Assembly (NCBI RefSeq): GCF_035758555.1
Contig: NZ_DASTXI010000060.1
Span: 5,914 to 69,913 of the forward strand
Source: Sphingomonas sp.
Lineage (GTDB): Bacteria > Pseudomonadota > Alphaproteobacteria > Sphingomonadales > Sphingomonadaceae
Direction: 5' to 3'
DNA length: 64,000 bases
The position numbers and the translations under genes are program-made. The notes under the pieces were generated by a model. It searched no databases. It was not told where the DNA came from and was given only the letters and a program-made list of their open reading frames with translations. This document shows, piece after piece, positions 9,082 to 18,770 of the stretch (the first letter of the stretch is position 1; the number at the start of each line of letters is the position of its first letter).

Positions 9082-10512
9082 TCAGCGTGCGGCAGCAGCC
9101 CTGGCTTCGGCGAGCAGCCGATCGAGCGCGGCACGATCATATGCCTGGCCACGAAGGACGACCGTCTGGATTGCGCGTGTTGCTGCGATGTCGGCGAGCG
9201 GATTGCGGTCGAGGATCAGAATGTCGGCCGCCTTGCCGGGCCCGAGCGATCCGAAGCGGGCGGATTTGCCGAGAAAGGCGGGTCCGGTCACGACCGCCGA
9301 GCGGAGCGCCTGCGCCGGCGTCAGGCCGGCCTCGACATAGCGCGCCAGCTCGTCGTGCAGCCCCTGGCCCGGATAATTGAACGAGTTGAGGTAACCCGCA
9401 TCCGTGCCGGCAAGGATCGGCAGGCCCGCTTCGGCGACCAGCGGCATCAGCGACGCGGTGAGCTCGTATTTCGCGTGCCGGCGGGCGACTTCCTCCGGCG
9501 TCGCCTTGGCCGCGCGCTCGATCCGCCATTCATAGGTCTTGCGCAGCCCCGGGCCGATCAGCGCCAGCGCGTCGTCATGGCTGTGATCGTCGCGGTCGAG
9601 ATAGGCGAGGATGCGCGTCATGTTCAGCGTCGGCGTGACGTAGAGGCCCTGCGCGGCGAAGCGCCGATAGGCCGCCTTTGCAAGCGTCGGGTCGAAGCCC
9701 TCGACCAGCTTCGCCGACGCATCGGCATAGCTGATCCTGCCCGCCGCATAGTCGGCCGAAATCGCAGCTTCGTCGCGCGAGCCGGCCTTGATCAGATAGT
9801 CGAGATGCTCGATCGAGCTCAGGCCCGCGTCCGCTGCCTGCTGGATCGTCAGCGCATAGGGAATATGGGCCGAGGTCTTCAGCCCGCGCGCCTTGGCGGT
9901 CTTTACGGCGTAAAGGAAAATGTCGGGCTTCAGCGTGTTGTCGGTGATCTTGACGAAATCGACCCGCATGTCGTTCTGAAGGCGATCGAGCGCGGCATCG
10001 ACCTCGGCCGGCGTGCCGACCTCGATCGTACCCTTCCAGATCGGCTTATAGCCTTCGAGCTTCGGCCCCGACGTGAAGATGGTCGGCCCGAGCAGTTTGC
10101 CCTTCGCGACCTGTTCGCGCCACAGCAGCACGGCATCGCTGATATCCGCCGCGCAGTCCCGCACGGCCGTGATGCCATAAGCGACATAGACCGGCAGCAG
10201 CGCCTTGTTCTCGCCCACCAGCTCCGGCCCGCCGCCGAAATGGACGTGCATGTCCCAGAGGCCCGGCATGACGAAGCGGCCGCGCGCATCAATTGAGCGC
10301 GCGGCGGTATAGGTTCGATCGATCTCGGCGGGCGAGCCGACGGCGACAATCGTGTCCCCTTTGACGGCGATCGAGCGATGCGGGACGACCTTTCCGCCCG
10401 CGACGTCGATCAAGGTCGCGTCGCGGACGATCAGGTCCGCTGCTTCCTTCGCCGCCGCCGGGCTGGCGATGATCCCGGCCAATGCGGCGGCGAAGGCGAG
10501 CAGCGTCCTCAT
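9082..10512 (-). CDS. Exported metal-dependent amidohydrolase
   Basis: Signal peptide; PGLWDMHVH, SAH, IEH, LAGTDAG, GKAADILIL; start overlaps stop of the DHS-like gene. Confidence 0.85.
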   Translation of the reverse strand: MRTLLAFAAALAGIIASPAAAKEAADLIVRDATLIDVAGGKVVPHRSIAVKGDTIVAVGSPAEIDRTYTAARSIDARGRFVMPGLWDMHVHFGGGPELVGENKALLPVYVAYGITAVRDCAADISDAVLLWREQVAKGKLLGPTIFTSGPKLEGYKPIWKGTIEVGTPAEVDAALDRLQNDMRVDFVKITDNTLKPDIFLYAVKTAKARGLKTSAHIPYALTIQQAADAGLSSIEHLDYLIKAGSRDEAAISADYAAGRISYADASAKLVEGFDPTLAKAAYRRFAAQGLYVTPTLNMTRILAYLDRDDHSHDDALALIGPGLRKTYEWRIERAAKATPEEVARRHAKYELTASLMPLVAEAGLPILAGTDAGYLNSFNYPGQGLHDELARYVEAGLTPAQALRSAVVTGPAFLGKSARFGSLGPGKAADILILDRNPLADIAATRAIQTVVLRGQAYDRAALDRLLAEARAAAAR

Positions 10513-11561
10513 CAGGCGAACAGCTTCGCCCAGCGGCGCTGCGGCCGGGTCTTCCACGCGCCGCGATGATAGGCGTCGCTGGCCAGCAGCGGCATCACGC
10601 TGCCGGCCTCGGCGAACACCATCTGCTCCAGCGCGGTGTCGACCTTGCCCCAGCTCGCCGCTTCCTTCAGCGTCGAGGAGGAGCAGGCGCCGTCGCGCAC
10701 GTCGGCGACGGTGATCTGCACCGCATATTTGTGCATCTCGACATCTTCATGGCCCAGGATTTCGGCGCAGACGACGGTGTCCTGGATGAAGTTCTTCGGC
10801 ACGCCGCCGCCGATCATCAGCAGGCCGGTGGTGCCCGCCTTGATCTTGATGTCGGTCAGCTCGCGGAAGTCCGCGACCGCGTCGATCGACATGTACGGCT
10901 TGCCTGCCTTCATCCGCTCGACCTGGTGCTTGACCAGGCCGAAGCCGGCCGAGGAGTCGACGAAGGCCGGGCAGAAGATCGGCACGTCATGTTCATAGGC
11001 GAGCTTGACCAGGCTGTTCTCCTTCTTGCCGTTTTCGGCGAGATACTTGCCCATCGCCTGGATGAACTCGCGGCTCGAATAGCCGCGCGGCTCCAGGCTG
11101 TCGGCGATGCGGCCGATCGTGTGGTCGCAGTCCTGCAGCTGCTCTTCGTCGATATAGGTGTCGTAGATGCGGTCGATGTACAGCGAGCGCAGCGTGTTAT
11201 CGTCCGGGATTTCAAGCGCCTGGTAGTGTTTGTGGCCAAGCCCTTCGAAGAAATCCATGTCGACGATCGAGGCGCCGGTGGCAACGATGCCGTCGACCAT
11301 GTTGGACCGGACGAGCTCCGCATACAGGTCCATGCAGCCGCCCGCCGAAGTCGATCCCGCGATCACCAGGAAGATCGTGCAGTCCTTGTCCTCCAGCATC
11401 TGGTTGTAGATGCCGGTCGCGCGCGCGAGGTCGCGGCTGGTGAAGCTCATCTTCCCCATCGCGTCGATGATCGGCCGCGCATCGAACGAACGGATGTCGA
11501 CATGGTCGACAGTGGTGGAAAGCAGCTCCGCCTTGCGGGTGTCGTTGGCGATGTTGTTCAT
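10512..11561 (-). CDS. Deoxyhypusine synthase-like protein (SpeY/homospermidine-synthesis type)
   Basis: IFCPAFVDSSAG, GGGVPKNF, DGACSSST, and EAASWGKV containing the catalytic Lys position. Confidence 0.88.
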   Translation of the reverse strand: MNNIANDTRKAELLSTTVDHVDIRSFDARPIIDAMGKMSFTSRDLARATGIYNQMLEDKDCTIFLVIAGSTSAGGCMDLYAELVRSNMVDGIVATGASIVDMDFFEGLGHKHYQALEIPDDNTLRSLYIDRIYDTYIDEEQLQDCDHTIGRIADSLEPRGYSSREFIQAMGKYLAENGKKENSLVKLAYEHDVPIFCPAFVDSSAGFGLVKHQVERMKAGKPYMSIDAVADFRELTDIKIKAGTTGLLMIGGGVPKNFIQDTVVCAEILGHEDVEMHKYAVQITVADVRDGACSSSTLKEAASWGKVDTALEQMVFAEAGSVMPLLASDAYHRGAWKTRPQRRWAKLFA

Positions 11562-11621
11562 GTCTCAGGTCCCGTAGTCATTGACCAGCGTCGTTAAGGG
11601 GACGCGGAAACCCGTTTCGTG

Positions 11622-11745
11622 TTCCCCTCCCATTTTAGGGAGGGGTTAGGGGTGGGTAGCGAGCGAAGCGAGCATCGCGGCGGCGGGATTCGCTCGGCCT
11701 GGCGGCCGACACCCACCCCTAGCCCCTCCCTTGTCGGGAGGGGAA
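11622..11745. repeat. Intergenic palindromic repeat, CCCCTCCC...GGGAGGGG family (family C)
   Basis: TTCCCCTCCC-ATTTTA-GGGAGGGGTTAGGGGTGGGT ... ACCCACCCCTAGCCCCTCCC-TTGTC-GGGAGGGGAA nested inverted repeats. Confidence 0.8.
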
Positions 11746-11748
11746 TAG

Positions 11749-12969
11749 CTACAGCGTGACGACGTTCGAGGCGACCTCTTCGGTCCCGGCGGTGTACAGC
11801 GACACCATCGGCTCGTCGGTGACCTCGACCGTTTCGGCGCGGCCAAAGCCGTTGAAGCCGGTGCGCATCGCGCAGCCATAGGCCCCGAGCATGCCGATCT
11901 CGAGATAGTCGCCCGGCTGCACGTCGGCCGGCAGCATGAACGGCCCCGCCATATGGTCGAGATCGTCGCAGGTCGGGCCGTAGAAGCTGAACGCCATCGG
12001 TCTGGCGCGGCTGTCCGGCTCGCGCAGCAGGCTGACCGGGAAGCGCCAGCCGACATGAGCCGCATCGAACAGCGCACCATAGGCGCCGTCGTTGATGTAC
12101 AGCTCGTCGCCGCGGCGCTTTTCGACGCGCACGACCAGCGAGCTGTACTCGGCGCAGAGCGCACGGCCCGGCTCGGCCCACAGCTCCGCCGAATAGCTGA
12201 CCGGCAGGCTCTCGAAGGCGCGGTGGATCGTCTCGAAATACAGCTCGAGCGGCGGCGGCTCCATGCCGGGATAGCTGGACGGAAAACCCCCGCCGACGTC
12301 GATCACGTCGACGGTGACCGCGGCTTCGACGATCGCCTGGCGCACGCGCTCCATCGCCTGCGCATAGGCATCGGGCGTCATCGCCTGCGAACCGACATGG
12401 AAGCAGATGCCGAGCGCGTCGGCGGCCTGGCGAGCCGCGAACAGCAGCTCCTTCGCTTCGAGCGGCGACACGCCGAACTTGGACGCGAGGCTGAGCTTCG
12501 AATAATCCGAAGACACGCGCAGCCGCACGCAGAGCGTCAGATCGCTGGCGCCGTTGGTCGCGCGGACGATCTTGTCCAGCTCTTCCATCGAATCGAGCGA
12601 GAAGGTGCGCACGCCATGTTCGGCATAGGCCTCCGCGATCGCTTCCTCGGCCTTCACCGGATGCATGAAGCAGAGCACCGCCTGCGGCAGGGTCTCGCGC
12701 ACCAGCCGCACCTCGGCGATCGAGGCGACGTCATAGTGCGTTACGCCGCTGTCCCACAGGATGCGGAGCAGGTCCGGCGACGGATTCGCCTTCACCGCAT
12801 AGAGCGTCTTGCCCGGAAACTTCTCGACGAAGAAACGGGCAGCGCGCCGGGCGGCGTGCGGACGAATGAGCGTGACCGGCTGGACCGGGCGTGCTTTTGC
12901 AATATCGGCCCCGCAGGCGGGTCCGGTGGGGGCGACAGCTAGCCCCAGCGCGCTATGATGCTTGTGCAA
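11749..12969 (-). CDS. Ornithine (or lysine/ornithine) decarboxylase, PLP fold type III
   Basis: YAVKAN PLP lysine, FHVGSQ, DVGGGF, EPGR, GPTCD, GAYG; TTG start 9 nt after GGAGG. Confidence 0.9.
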   Translation of the reverse strand: MHKHHSALGLAVAPTGPACGADIAKARPVQPVTLIRPHAARRAARFFVEKFPGKTLYAVKANPSPDLLRILWDSGVTHYDVASIAEVRLVRETLPQAVLCFMHPVKAEEAIAEAYAEHGVRTFSLDSMEELDKIVRATNGASDLTLCVRLRVSSDYSKLSLASKFGVSPLEAKELLFAARQAADALGICFHVGSQAMTPDAYAQAMERVRQAIVEAAVTVDVIDVGGGFPSSYPGMEPPPLELYFETIHRAFESLPVSYSAELWAEPGRALCAEYSSLVVRVEKRRGDELYINDGAYGALFDAAHVGWRFPVSLLREPDSRARPMAFSFYGPTCDDLDHMAGPFMLPADVQPGDYLEIGMLGAYGCAMRTGFNGFGRAETVEVTDEPMVSLYTAGTEEVASNVVTL

Positions 12970-12970
12970 T

Positions 12971-13036
12971 TCAAGGGACCTCCAATTGCCTCGCGGCAGA
13001 GTTGCGAACAAAGCTGCCTTGCGGTGGAAGTCCCAT
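12971..13036 (-). CDS. Putative 21-aa leader peptide MGLPPQGSFVRNSAARQLEVP
   Basis: ATG about 10 nt after the predicted TSS; TGA ends 1 nt before the decarboxylase TTG; no evidence of translation. Confidence 0.35.
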   Translation of the reverse strand: MGLPPQGSFVRNSAARQLEVP

Positions 13037-13051
13037 GGGGCAGCGGGGCGC

Positions 13052-13080
13052 GATATATGAACGGCGGACCCCCCTGTAAA
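13052..13080 (-). promoter_or_regulatory. Sigma70-type promoter of the polyamine operon
   Basis: Minus strand TTTACA-N17-TATATC. Confidence 0.6.
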
Positions 13081-13118
13081 GTGATGAATTAAGGCCCCTT
13101 TCAAAACGGAGACAAAGC

Positions 13119-14084
13119 GTGATTTCAGGGCGACAGCCTGACCGGACCGGTGTCGTTAGAGCGTTGGAAAAGCTGGACAAGATTGTCTCGCCGACGCCGC
13201 TTCTGCAGGCGGAGATCGGCGGGCGGACCGTCTATCTGAAGGCCGAATCGCTGCAGCCGATGGGCGCGTTCAAGCTGCGCGGCGCCTGGCATCGACTCAC
13301 CGATCTCACCGAAGCGGAGCGGGAAAAGGGCGTCGTCGCCTTTTCGTCCGGTAACCACGCGCAGGGCGTCGCCTGGGCCGCCAGGCGACTCGGGATCCGT
13401 GCGACGATCGTGATGCCGGCCGATTCGCCGAGGAAAAAGCTCGACAATACCCGTGCGCTGGGCGCCGAGGTGGTCACCTATGATCGCATGACCGAAAGCC
13501 GCGAAGCGATCGCCGCACGGATTGCCGCGGATCGCGGCTCGGTCGTGGTGCCGAGCTTCGACGATCCGTGGATCGTCGAAGGACAGGGGAGTGCGGGCCT
13601 GGAAGCGTGCCGTCAAATGGCTGCGCTCGGCCTCGCGGCGCCGGACCGGATCGTCACGCCGTGCGGCGGCGGCGGGCTGGCCTCCGGACTCGCGCTCGCG
13701 GTGCCCGATGCGGAGATCGTGATTGCGGAGCCGGAAGGCTGGGACGACATGACGCGCTCGCTGGCCGGAGGCGAGATCGTGCCGGTCGGCCCAAATCCGC
13801 CGCCGACCGCCTGCGACGCGCTGCAGACCCTGAAGGTCGCGCCGCTGACTTTTGGCATCCTGAAGGCGCGCGGCGCGCATGGCGTGGCCGTCAGCGAGGC
13901 CGAAGCAGGCACGGCGATGCGCTGGGCATTAGACAATCTTCGCCTGGTGCTGGAGCCGGGCGGCGCGGTCGCGCTTGCCGCGCTGCTGGCGGAGAAAGTG
14001 GCGCCCACCGAGCGGACGCTCGTCATCCTGTCGGGCGGCAATGTCGATGCCTCCACGTTCAAGCGAATGGTTTTCGATCACTGA
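13119..14084 (+). CDS. Threonine/serine dehydratase family (PLP fold II)
   Basis: KAESLQPMGAFKLRGA, SSGNHAQG, PCGGGGL, EPGGA, LSGGN. Confidence 0.88.
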   Translation: MISGRQPDRTGVVRALEKLDKIVSPTPLLQAEIGGRTVYLKAESLQPMGAFKLRGAWHRLTDLTEAEREKGVVAFSSGNHAQGVAWAARRLGIRATIVMPADSPRKKLDNTRALGAEVVTYDRMTESREAIAARIAADRGSVVVPSFDDPWIVEGQGSAGLEACRQMAALGLAAPDRIVTPCGGGGLASGLALAVPDAEIVIAEPEGWDDMTRSLAGGEIVPVGPNPPPTACDALQTLKVAPLTFGILKARGAHGVAVSEAEAGTAMRWALDNLRLVLEPGGAVALAALLAEKVAPTERTLVILSGGNVDASTFKRMVFDH

Positions 14085-14105
14085 TATTGCAAATCGCTCT
14101 CAATA
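14085..14105 (+). promoter_or_regulatory. Putative Fur-type iron box
   Basis: TATTGCAAATCGCTCTCAATA imperfect AT-rich palindrome just upstream of a TonB receptor. Confidence 0.5.
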
Positions 14106-14145
14106 GCAGCTAAAGCGCCCGCAACATCAACGCGGGGAGCTTTTC

Positions 14146-16293
14146 GTGTATCGTCTGTCGCTTGGGTCCGTTCTCGTCCTTCCGTTCGTCTGTGCCGCCT
14201 CGGCCGCTCACGCCGCCGAGGCGGTTGGGGATGGGGACGGCTCCGACATCGTCGTCACGGCCGCCCGCTCGGCGCTACCGGCGAGCGCGCTGCCGCTGAC
14301 CGTGGATGTGGTCGGGGCGGAGGAACTGGCGCAGCAGGCGGCGATTAGCGGATCGGTCGTCGATGCCGTCTCGACCCTGACGCCGTCCTTCTCGCCGACC
14401 CGGCAGAAATTGTCGGGCGCGGGGGAGACGCTGCGGGGCCGCTCGCCGCTCTATGCGATCAACGGCATCCCGCAATCGACGCCGCTGCGCGACGGCTCGC
14501 GCGACGGCTTCACGATCGATCCGTTCTTCGTCGACCGGGTCGAGCTGATCTTCGGATCCAACGCGCTGCAGGGCATCGGCGCGACCGGCGGCGTCGTGAA
14601 CCAGGTCACCGTCGGCGCGCCCAAGGTCGAGGGACTGAGCGGCCGCGCGCTGGTGCGCGGGATGGCCGACGGCGATTTTCACGGCGACGGTCTGGGCGGA
14701 AAGGTCGCCGGTTTGCTGAGCTGGAAGAGCGGCCGGTTCGATGCGACCGCCGGTGCCGCTTTTGAGAAGCGCGGCGCCTTTTATGACGCGCGCGGACGGC
14801 GGATCGGCGTCGATTCGACCCAGGGCGAGATCCAGGACTCGGACACGCTCTCGCTGTTCGGCCGCTTCGGCTATGAACTGGGCGACAGCGCCCGGCTGGA
14901 CCTGATCCTCAGCCGCTTCGAGCTGAAGGGCGACGGCGACTATGTCTCGCTCGCGAACAGCGCCGACATCGCCCGCCGTATCCCGGCGACCGCCGTGCGC
15001 GGCGATCCGCCGGGCGTCCCCGCCGCGAACCGCACCGAAAGCGTCGCCCTGTCGCTGACGGACCCCGATCTGGGCGGCGGCAATTTCGTTGCGCAAATTT
15101 TCTTCAACCGCTCCCGCGACACCTTCGGCGGCGATCCGACGCCGATAGCGACATTCCAGGACCCGCGGATCGCGCCGGTCGGAACGCTGTTCGACCAGTC
15201 GCAGAACCGTTCGCGCAAATATGGCGGCAAGATCAGCTATGAACGCGAAGTGCCGGGCATCCCGGGCCTGACTGCGATCGCCGGCTTCGACGCCCTGTTC
15301 GACCGGACCGAGCAGCGCCTGATCGCGACCGGCCGGATCTGGGTGCCGCCGACCGACTTCCGCAGCCTGGCGCCGTTCGGCCAGCTCAACCTCGCCTTAT
15401 TCGGCGGCAAGCTCCGCCTGGCCGGCGGCGCGCGGTGGGAGAATGTGAAGATCACCGTCGACGACTTCACCACCTTGTTCTCGGCCGGGGCGACCGACGT
15501 CGCCGGCGGCAGCCCGAGCTTCAGCGACGTGCTGTTCAACGGCGGCGTCATCGTCGAGCCGGTGCCGGGCATCCGCGCCTATGCGAGCTATGCCGAAGGC
15601 TATACCGTGCCCGACGTCGGCCGCATCACCCGCGCGATCAAGACCGACGGCGTCGATATCGACGACTTCCTCGACATCAGCCCGATCGTCTCGAACAACC
15701 GCGAGGTGGGCGTCGAGGCTAAACATGGGCCGCTCGACGCCAGCGTCGCCTATTTCTGGTCGTCGAGCGACAAGGGCCAGCTGCTGGTGCTGAACGGCGG
15801 TGTGTTCGACGTGCAGCGGCTCCGGGTCGAGATTCAGGGTCTCGAGATCAATCTGGGGGTGGAGACGCCGATCCCGGGCTTGCGTGTTTCGGCCGGCTAC
15901 GCTCATCTCGACGGCCGTTACGACAGCGACACGCCGCCCGACGGGATCGTCGATACCGATCTCGACGGCGCCAACATCTCGCCGGATCGGCTGAACCTCG
16001 CCGCGAATTACACACGGGGCCCGTTCACCGCGCGCTTCCAGACCCAATTCTACCTGGGCCGCAGCTTCACGGGAAAAGTGCGCGTGCCCGAGAATGATTT
16101 CGAGGGCTACACGATTGCCGACGTATATCTGGGTTACGATACCGGCATCGGCCAGCTGACCTTTGCCGTTCAGAACCTCTTCAACCGGCAATATATCGAC
16201 TATAGCAGCGACACGACGCGCCCCGGCGACCGCTCGCGCTTCTTCGCCGGCCGCGGCCGCACCTTCACGCTTGGCTGGGATTACCGCTTCTGA
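14146..16293 (+). CDS. TonB-dependent receptor, probable siderophore receptor
   Basis: Signal peptide, DIVVTA TonB box, plug (LRGR..INGIPQ..R), NLFN, C-terminal GRTFTLGWDYRF. Confidence 0.9.
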   Translation: MYRLSLGSVLVLPFVCAASAAHAAEAVGDGDGSDIVVTAARSALPASALPLTVDVVGAEELAQQAAISGSVVDAVSTLTPSFSPTRQKLSGAGETLRGRSPLYAINGIPQSTPLRDGSRDGFTIDPFFVDRVELIFGSNALQGIGATGGVVNQVTVGAPKVEGLSGRALVRGMADGDFHGDGLGGKVAGLLSWKSGRFDATAGAAFEKRGAFYDARGRRIGVDSTQGEIQDSDTLSLFGRFGYELGDSARLDLILSRFELKGDGDYVSLANSADIARRIPATAVRGDPPGVPAANRTESVALSLTDPDLGGGNFVAQIFFNRSRDTFGGDPTPIATFQDPRIAPVGTLFDQSQNRSRKYGGKISYEREVPGIPGLTAIAGFDALFDRTEQRLIATGRIWVPPTDFRSLAPFGQLNLALFGGKLRLAGGARWENVKITVDDFTTLFSAGATDVAGGSPSFSDVLFNGGVIVEPVPGIRAYASYAEGYTVPDVGRITRAIKTDGVDIDDFLDISPIVSNNREVGVEAKHGPLDASVAYFWSSSDKGQLLVLNGGVFDVQRLRVEIQGLEINLGVETPIPGLRVSAGYAHLDGRYDSDTPPDGIVDTDLDGANISPDRLNLAANYTRGPFTARFQTQFYLGRSFTGKVRVPENDFEGYTIADVYLGYDTGIGQLTFAVQNLFNRQYIDYSSDTTRPGDRSRFFAGRGRTFTLGWDYRF

Positions 16294-17393
16294 TGATGCG
16301 CGCGCTCGACCTTCTGCATCGCTGGACGGGCGGCCTGATCGGCCTGCTGCTCGCGCTGCTGGGCGCGAGCGGCACCATCCTGCTGTGGAAGGAGGCGTGG
16401 CTGCGCTGGATGCTGCCGGGCGCGGCGGACCCGCGCGTCACAGACGCGGCCGTGCTGGGCGATCTGACTGCGCACATCATGGCGGATGCGCCGGGCTCGA
16501 TCCTGTTCGCGACTGACGGCTTCGGCCTGAACCGCGTGAACTTCGGCGAGCGCGGCGCCTATATCGACCAGGCCGGCCATGTCGTCGCGCGCTGGGACTC
16601 GGTGTGGGACCGGCCCGAATTGTGGCTGTTCGACTTCCACCATTACCTGTTTTCGGGAGAGACCGGAGAGACGGTGGCCGGCATCGCCGGGCTGATCGGG
16701 CTCGCCTTTGTGGTGACGGGCATCCTGCTCTGGTGGCGCACGCGGCGGACTTTCCGCTTCCGCCTGCTGCCGAAGCGGATGACGCGGCCGGCGATCGTCA
16801 TCCACCACCGCGATCTCGGCATCGTGATGGCGCCGCTGCTGCTGTTGTCGATGGTAACCGGCACGATGATGGTCTTCCGGCCTGTCGCCGATCTGGTGCT
16901 GCGGCCGGTCGCCGCGCCGGGCACCGTCACTGCCAGCCTTGCGCCGCCGAAGATCGAGGGTGGCGCGCTCGACCGGGCAGCGCTCGACTGGCGGCGGATC
17001 GTGCCCCAAGCGCTCGCCCGCTATCCCGGCGCCGAGCTGCGCGTGATCTCGATGCCTAAAAAGGCCGGCGACCTCGTCTCGATCCGGCTGAAGCAGCCGG
17101 CCGAATGGCTGCCCAACGGCCGCACCGGCGTCTGGGTCGATCCCGCTACCGGCAAGATCGTCGCGACCAGAGACGCGCTCGCGATGCCGACCGGCGCGAG
17201 GTGGTTCAACAAGGCCTATCCGCTCCATTCGGGCAAGATCGGCGGCGTGCTTTACCGGACGGTGATGACGCTCTCCGGTCTCACGCTGGCGATGCTCGGC
17301 AGCCTGGCGGTCTGGAGCTTCTGGACCGAACGCGGTCGGCGCAGGCGCGCGGAGTCGCGGCGAAGGCGCGCGCTTGCTATCGAGCCGGCATGA
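16293..17393 (+). CDS. PepSY-associated TM helix protein
   Basis: LHRWTG, LFDFHH, HHRDLG, YPLHSG His-bearing TM motifs. Confidence 0.85.
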   Translation: MMRALDLLHRWTGGLIGLLLALLGASGTILLWKEAWLRWMLPGAADPRVTDAAVLGDLTAHIMADAPGSILFATDGFGLNRVNFGERGAYIDQAGHVVARWDSVWDRPELWLFDFHHYLFSGETGETVAGIAGLIGLAFVVTGILLWWRTRRTFRFRLLPKRMTRPAIVIHHRDLGIVMAPLLLLSMVTGTMMVFRPVADLVLRPVAAPGTVTASLAPPKIEGGALDRAALDWRRIVPQALARYPGAELRVISMPKKAGDLVSIRLKQPAEWLPNGRTGVWVDPATGKIVATRDALAMPTGARWFNKAYPLHSGKIGGVLYRTVMTLSGLTLAMLGSLAVWSFWTERGRRRRAESRRRRALAIEPA

Positions 17394-17551
17394 CCGGCCC
17401 TTCGCCCCTGATTCTATCCGTCCTGATGATCGCTGCGGTCGCGCTGGCGATCGGCGGCATCGCGCAGCTCCGCCGCAAGGAAAAGCGCGGCTGGCTGATG
17501 CTGGTGATGGCCGCCGTGCTGGTCGGCAACGTCCTGATCTGGAGCCTCTAG
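17390..17551 (+). CDS. Small two-TM membrane protein (53 aa)
   Basis: ATGA overlap with PepSY stop; two hydrophobic segments separated by RRKEKRG. Confidence 0.6.
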   Translation: MTGPSPLILSVLMIAAVALAIGGIAQLRRKEKRGWLMLVMAAVLVGNVLIWSL

Positions 17552-18000
17552 GCGGCCGCGACGCGTTCCGGCAGATTGTCGAACACGCGCCGGATTTCCT
17601 GGAGCACCTCAACCGTCTTTTCCAGATCCTCGTCCTGGAACTCGGACATCAGCGGCTCGATCTCCGGGGCCATTCGGGAAACCGCATCGGCATGCGCGGA
17701 GCGGCCGGCGGCGGTGATGCCGACGATCTGGTCGTCGCCATCGCCGATCCGGCCGATCAGGCCCTGCTGTTCCAGCGTGCCCAGATGCACGTCCATCTCG
17801 TCGACCGTCACCTGGAACATCCAGGCAAGGATCGACTTGCGCTCCTGATCACGGTTGTTGCGGACGAAATAGTTGAGCGCGCCGAACTGGCCGGCGGTCA
17901 GGCCCGAGGTTTCGATCGTACCGAGATGGTTTCGAACGAGGTGCTCGACCACCGCGATTTCGGTGAACAGGTCCAGCAGCAGCTTTTCGCGATCAGCCAT
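17548..18000 (-). CDS. MarR family transcriptional regulator
   Basis: GLTAGQFGALN, LEQQGLI, ITAAG winged-helix pattern; 150 aa. Confidence 0.7.
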   Translation of the reverse strand: MADREKLLLDLFTEIAVVEHLVRNHLGTIETSGLTAGQFGALNYFVRNNRDQERKSILAWMFQVTVDEMDVHLGTLEQQGLIGRIGDGDDQIVGITAAGRSAHADAVSRMAPEIEPLMSEFQDEDLEKTVEVLQEIRRVFDNLPERVAAA

Positions 18001-18019
18001 GACGCGCCTCCCCGCAAGC

Positions 18020-18676
18020 TCACCGGATCGGGCAGCTCGGATCCAGCCGGAAGTCGAGATACCGGTCCACGCTGCCCATCAGCTGCGGCATCTCGTGCTC
18101 GAAAAAGTGGTTTGCGCCCGGAATGGTGTCGTGATGGATGGTGATGTGCTTCTGCGTGCGCAATTTGTCGACCAGCTTCTGCACCGCCGACGGCGTCACC
18201 ACCTCGTCCGCCTCGCCCTGCACGATGATGCCGGAGGCCGGGCAGGGAGCGAGAAAGCTGAAGTCGTACATGTTCGCAGGCGGCGCGATCGAAATGAAGC
18301 CGCGCACTTCGGGCCGGCGCATCAGCAGCTGCATGCCGATCCACGCGCCGAAGCTGACGCCGGCAACCCAGGTCTGCTGCGCCTCCGGGTGAAAGCTCTG
18401 CACCCAGTCGAGCGCGGCGGCCGCATCGGACAGCTCGCCGACGCCGTTGTCGAACGTGCCCTGGCTCTTGCCGACACCGCGGAAATTGAAGCGTAGGGTC
18501 GCGAAGCCGCGCCGCGCGAAAGTCTGGTAGAGCGCCTGGACGATGCGGTTGTTCATCGTCCCCATCGCCTGCGGATGGGGATGCAGGATCATCGCGACCG
18601 GCGCGCGCGGGCGCGGCGGAGGAGCGAAACGACCTTCAAGGCGGCCCTCCGGGCCGGGAAAAATCACTTCGGGCAT
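18020..18676 (-). CDS. Alpha/beta hydrolase divergent from cysteine desulfurases
   Basis: GPEGRLEG, LHPHP, RFNFRGVG, GVSFG nucleophile elbow, GANHFF. Confidence 0.88.
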   Translation of the reverse strand: MPEVIFPGPEGRLEGRFAPPPRPRAPVAMILHPHPQAMGTMNNRIVQALYQTFARRGFATLRFNFRGVGKSQGTFDNGVGELSDAAAALDWVQSFHPEAQQTWVAGVSFGAWIGMQLLMRRPEVRGFISIAPPANMYDFSFLAPCPASGIIVQGEADEVVTPSAVQKLVDKLRTQKHITIHHDTIPGANHFFEHEMPQLMGSVDRYLDFRLDPSCPIR

Positions 18677-18770
18677 AGCACCTTGATCGAAAATGCGCCC
18701 GGAATGGTGGCGCGGAGTTGCGGCGCTATATAGGATCGGAGCCTGAATTCGCAAACGAGTCCGTCACACG

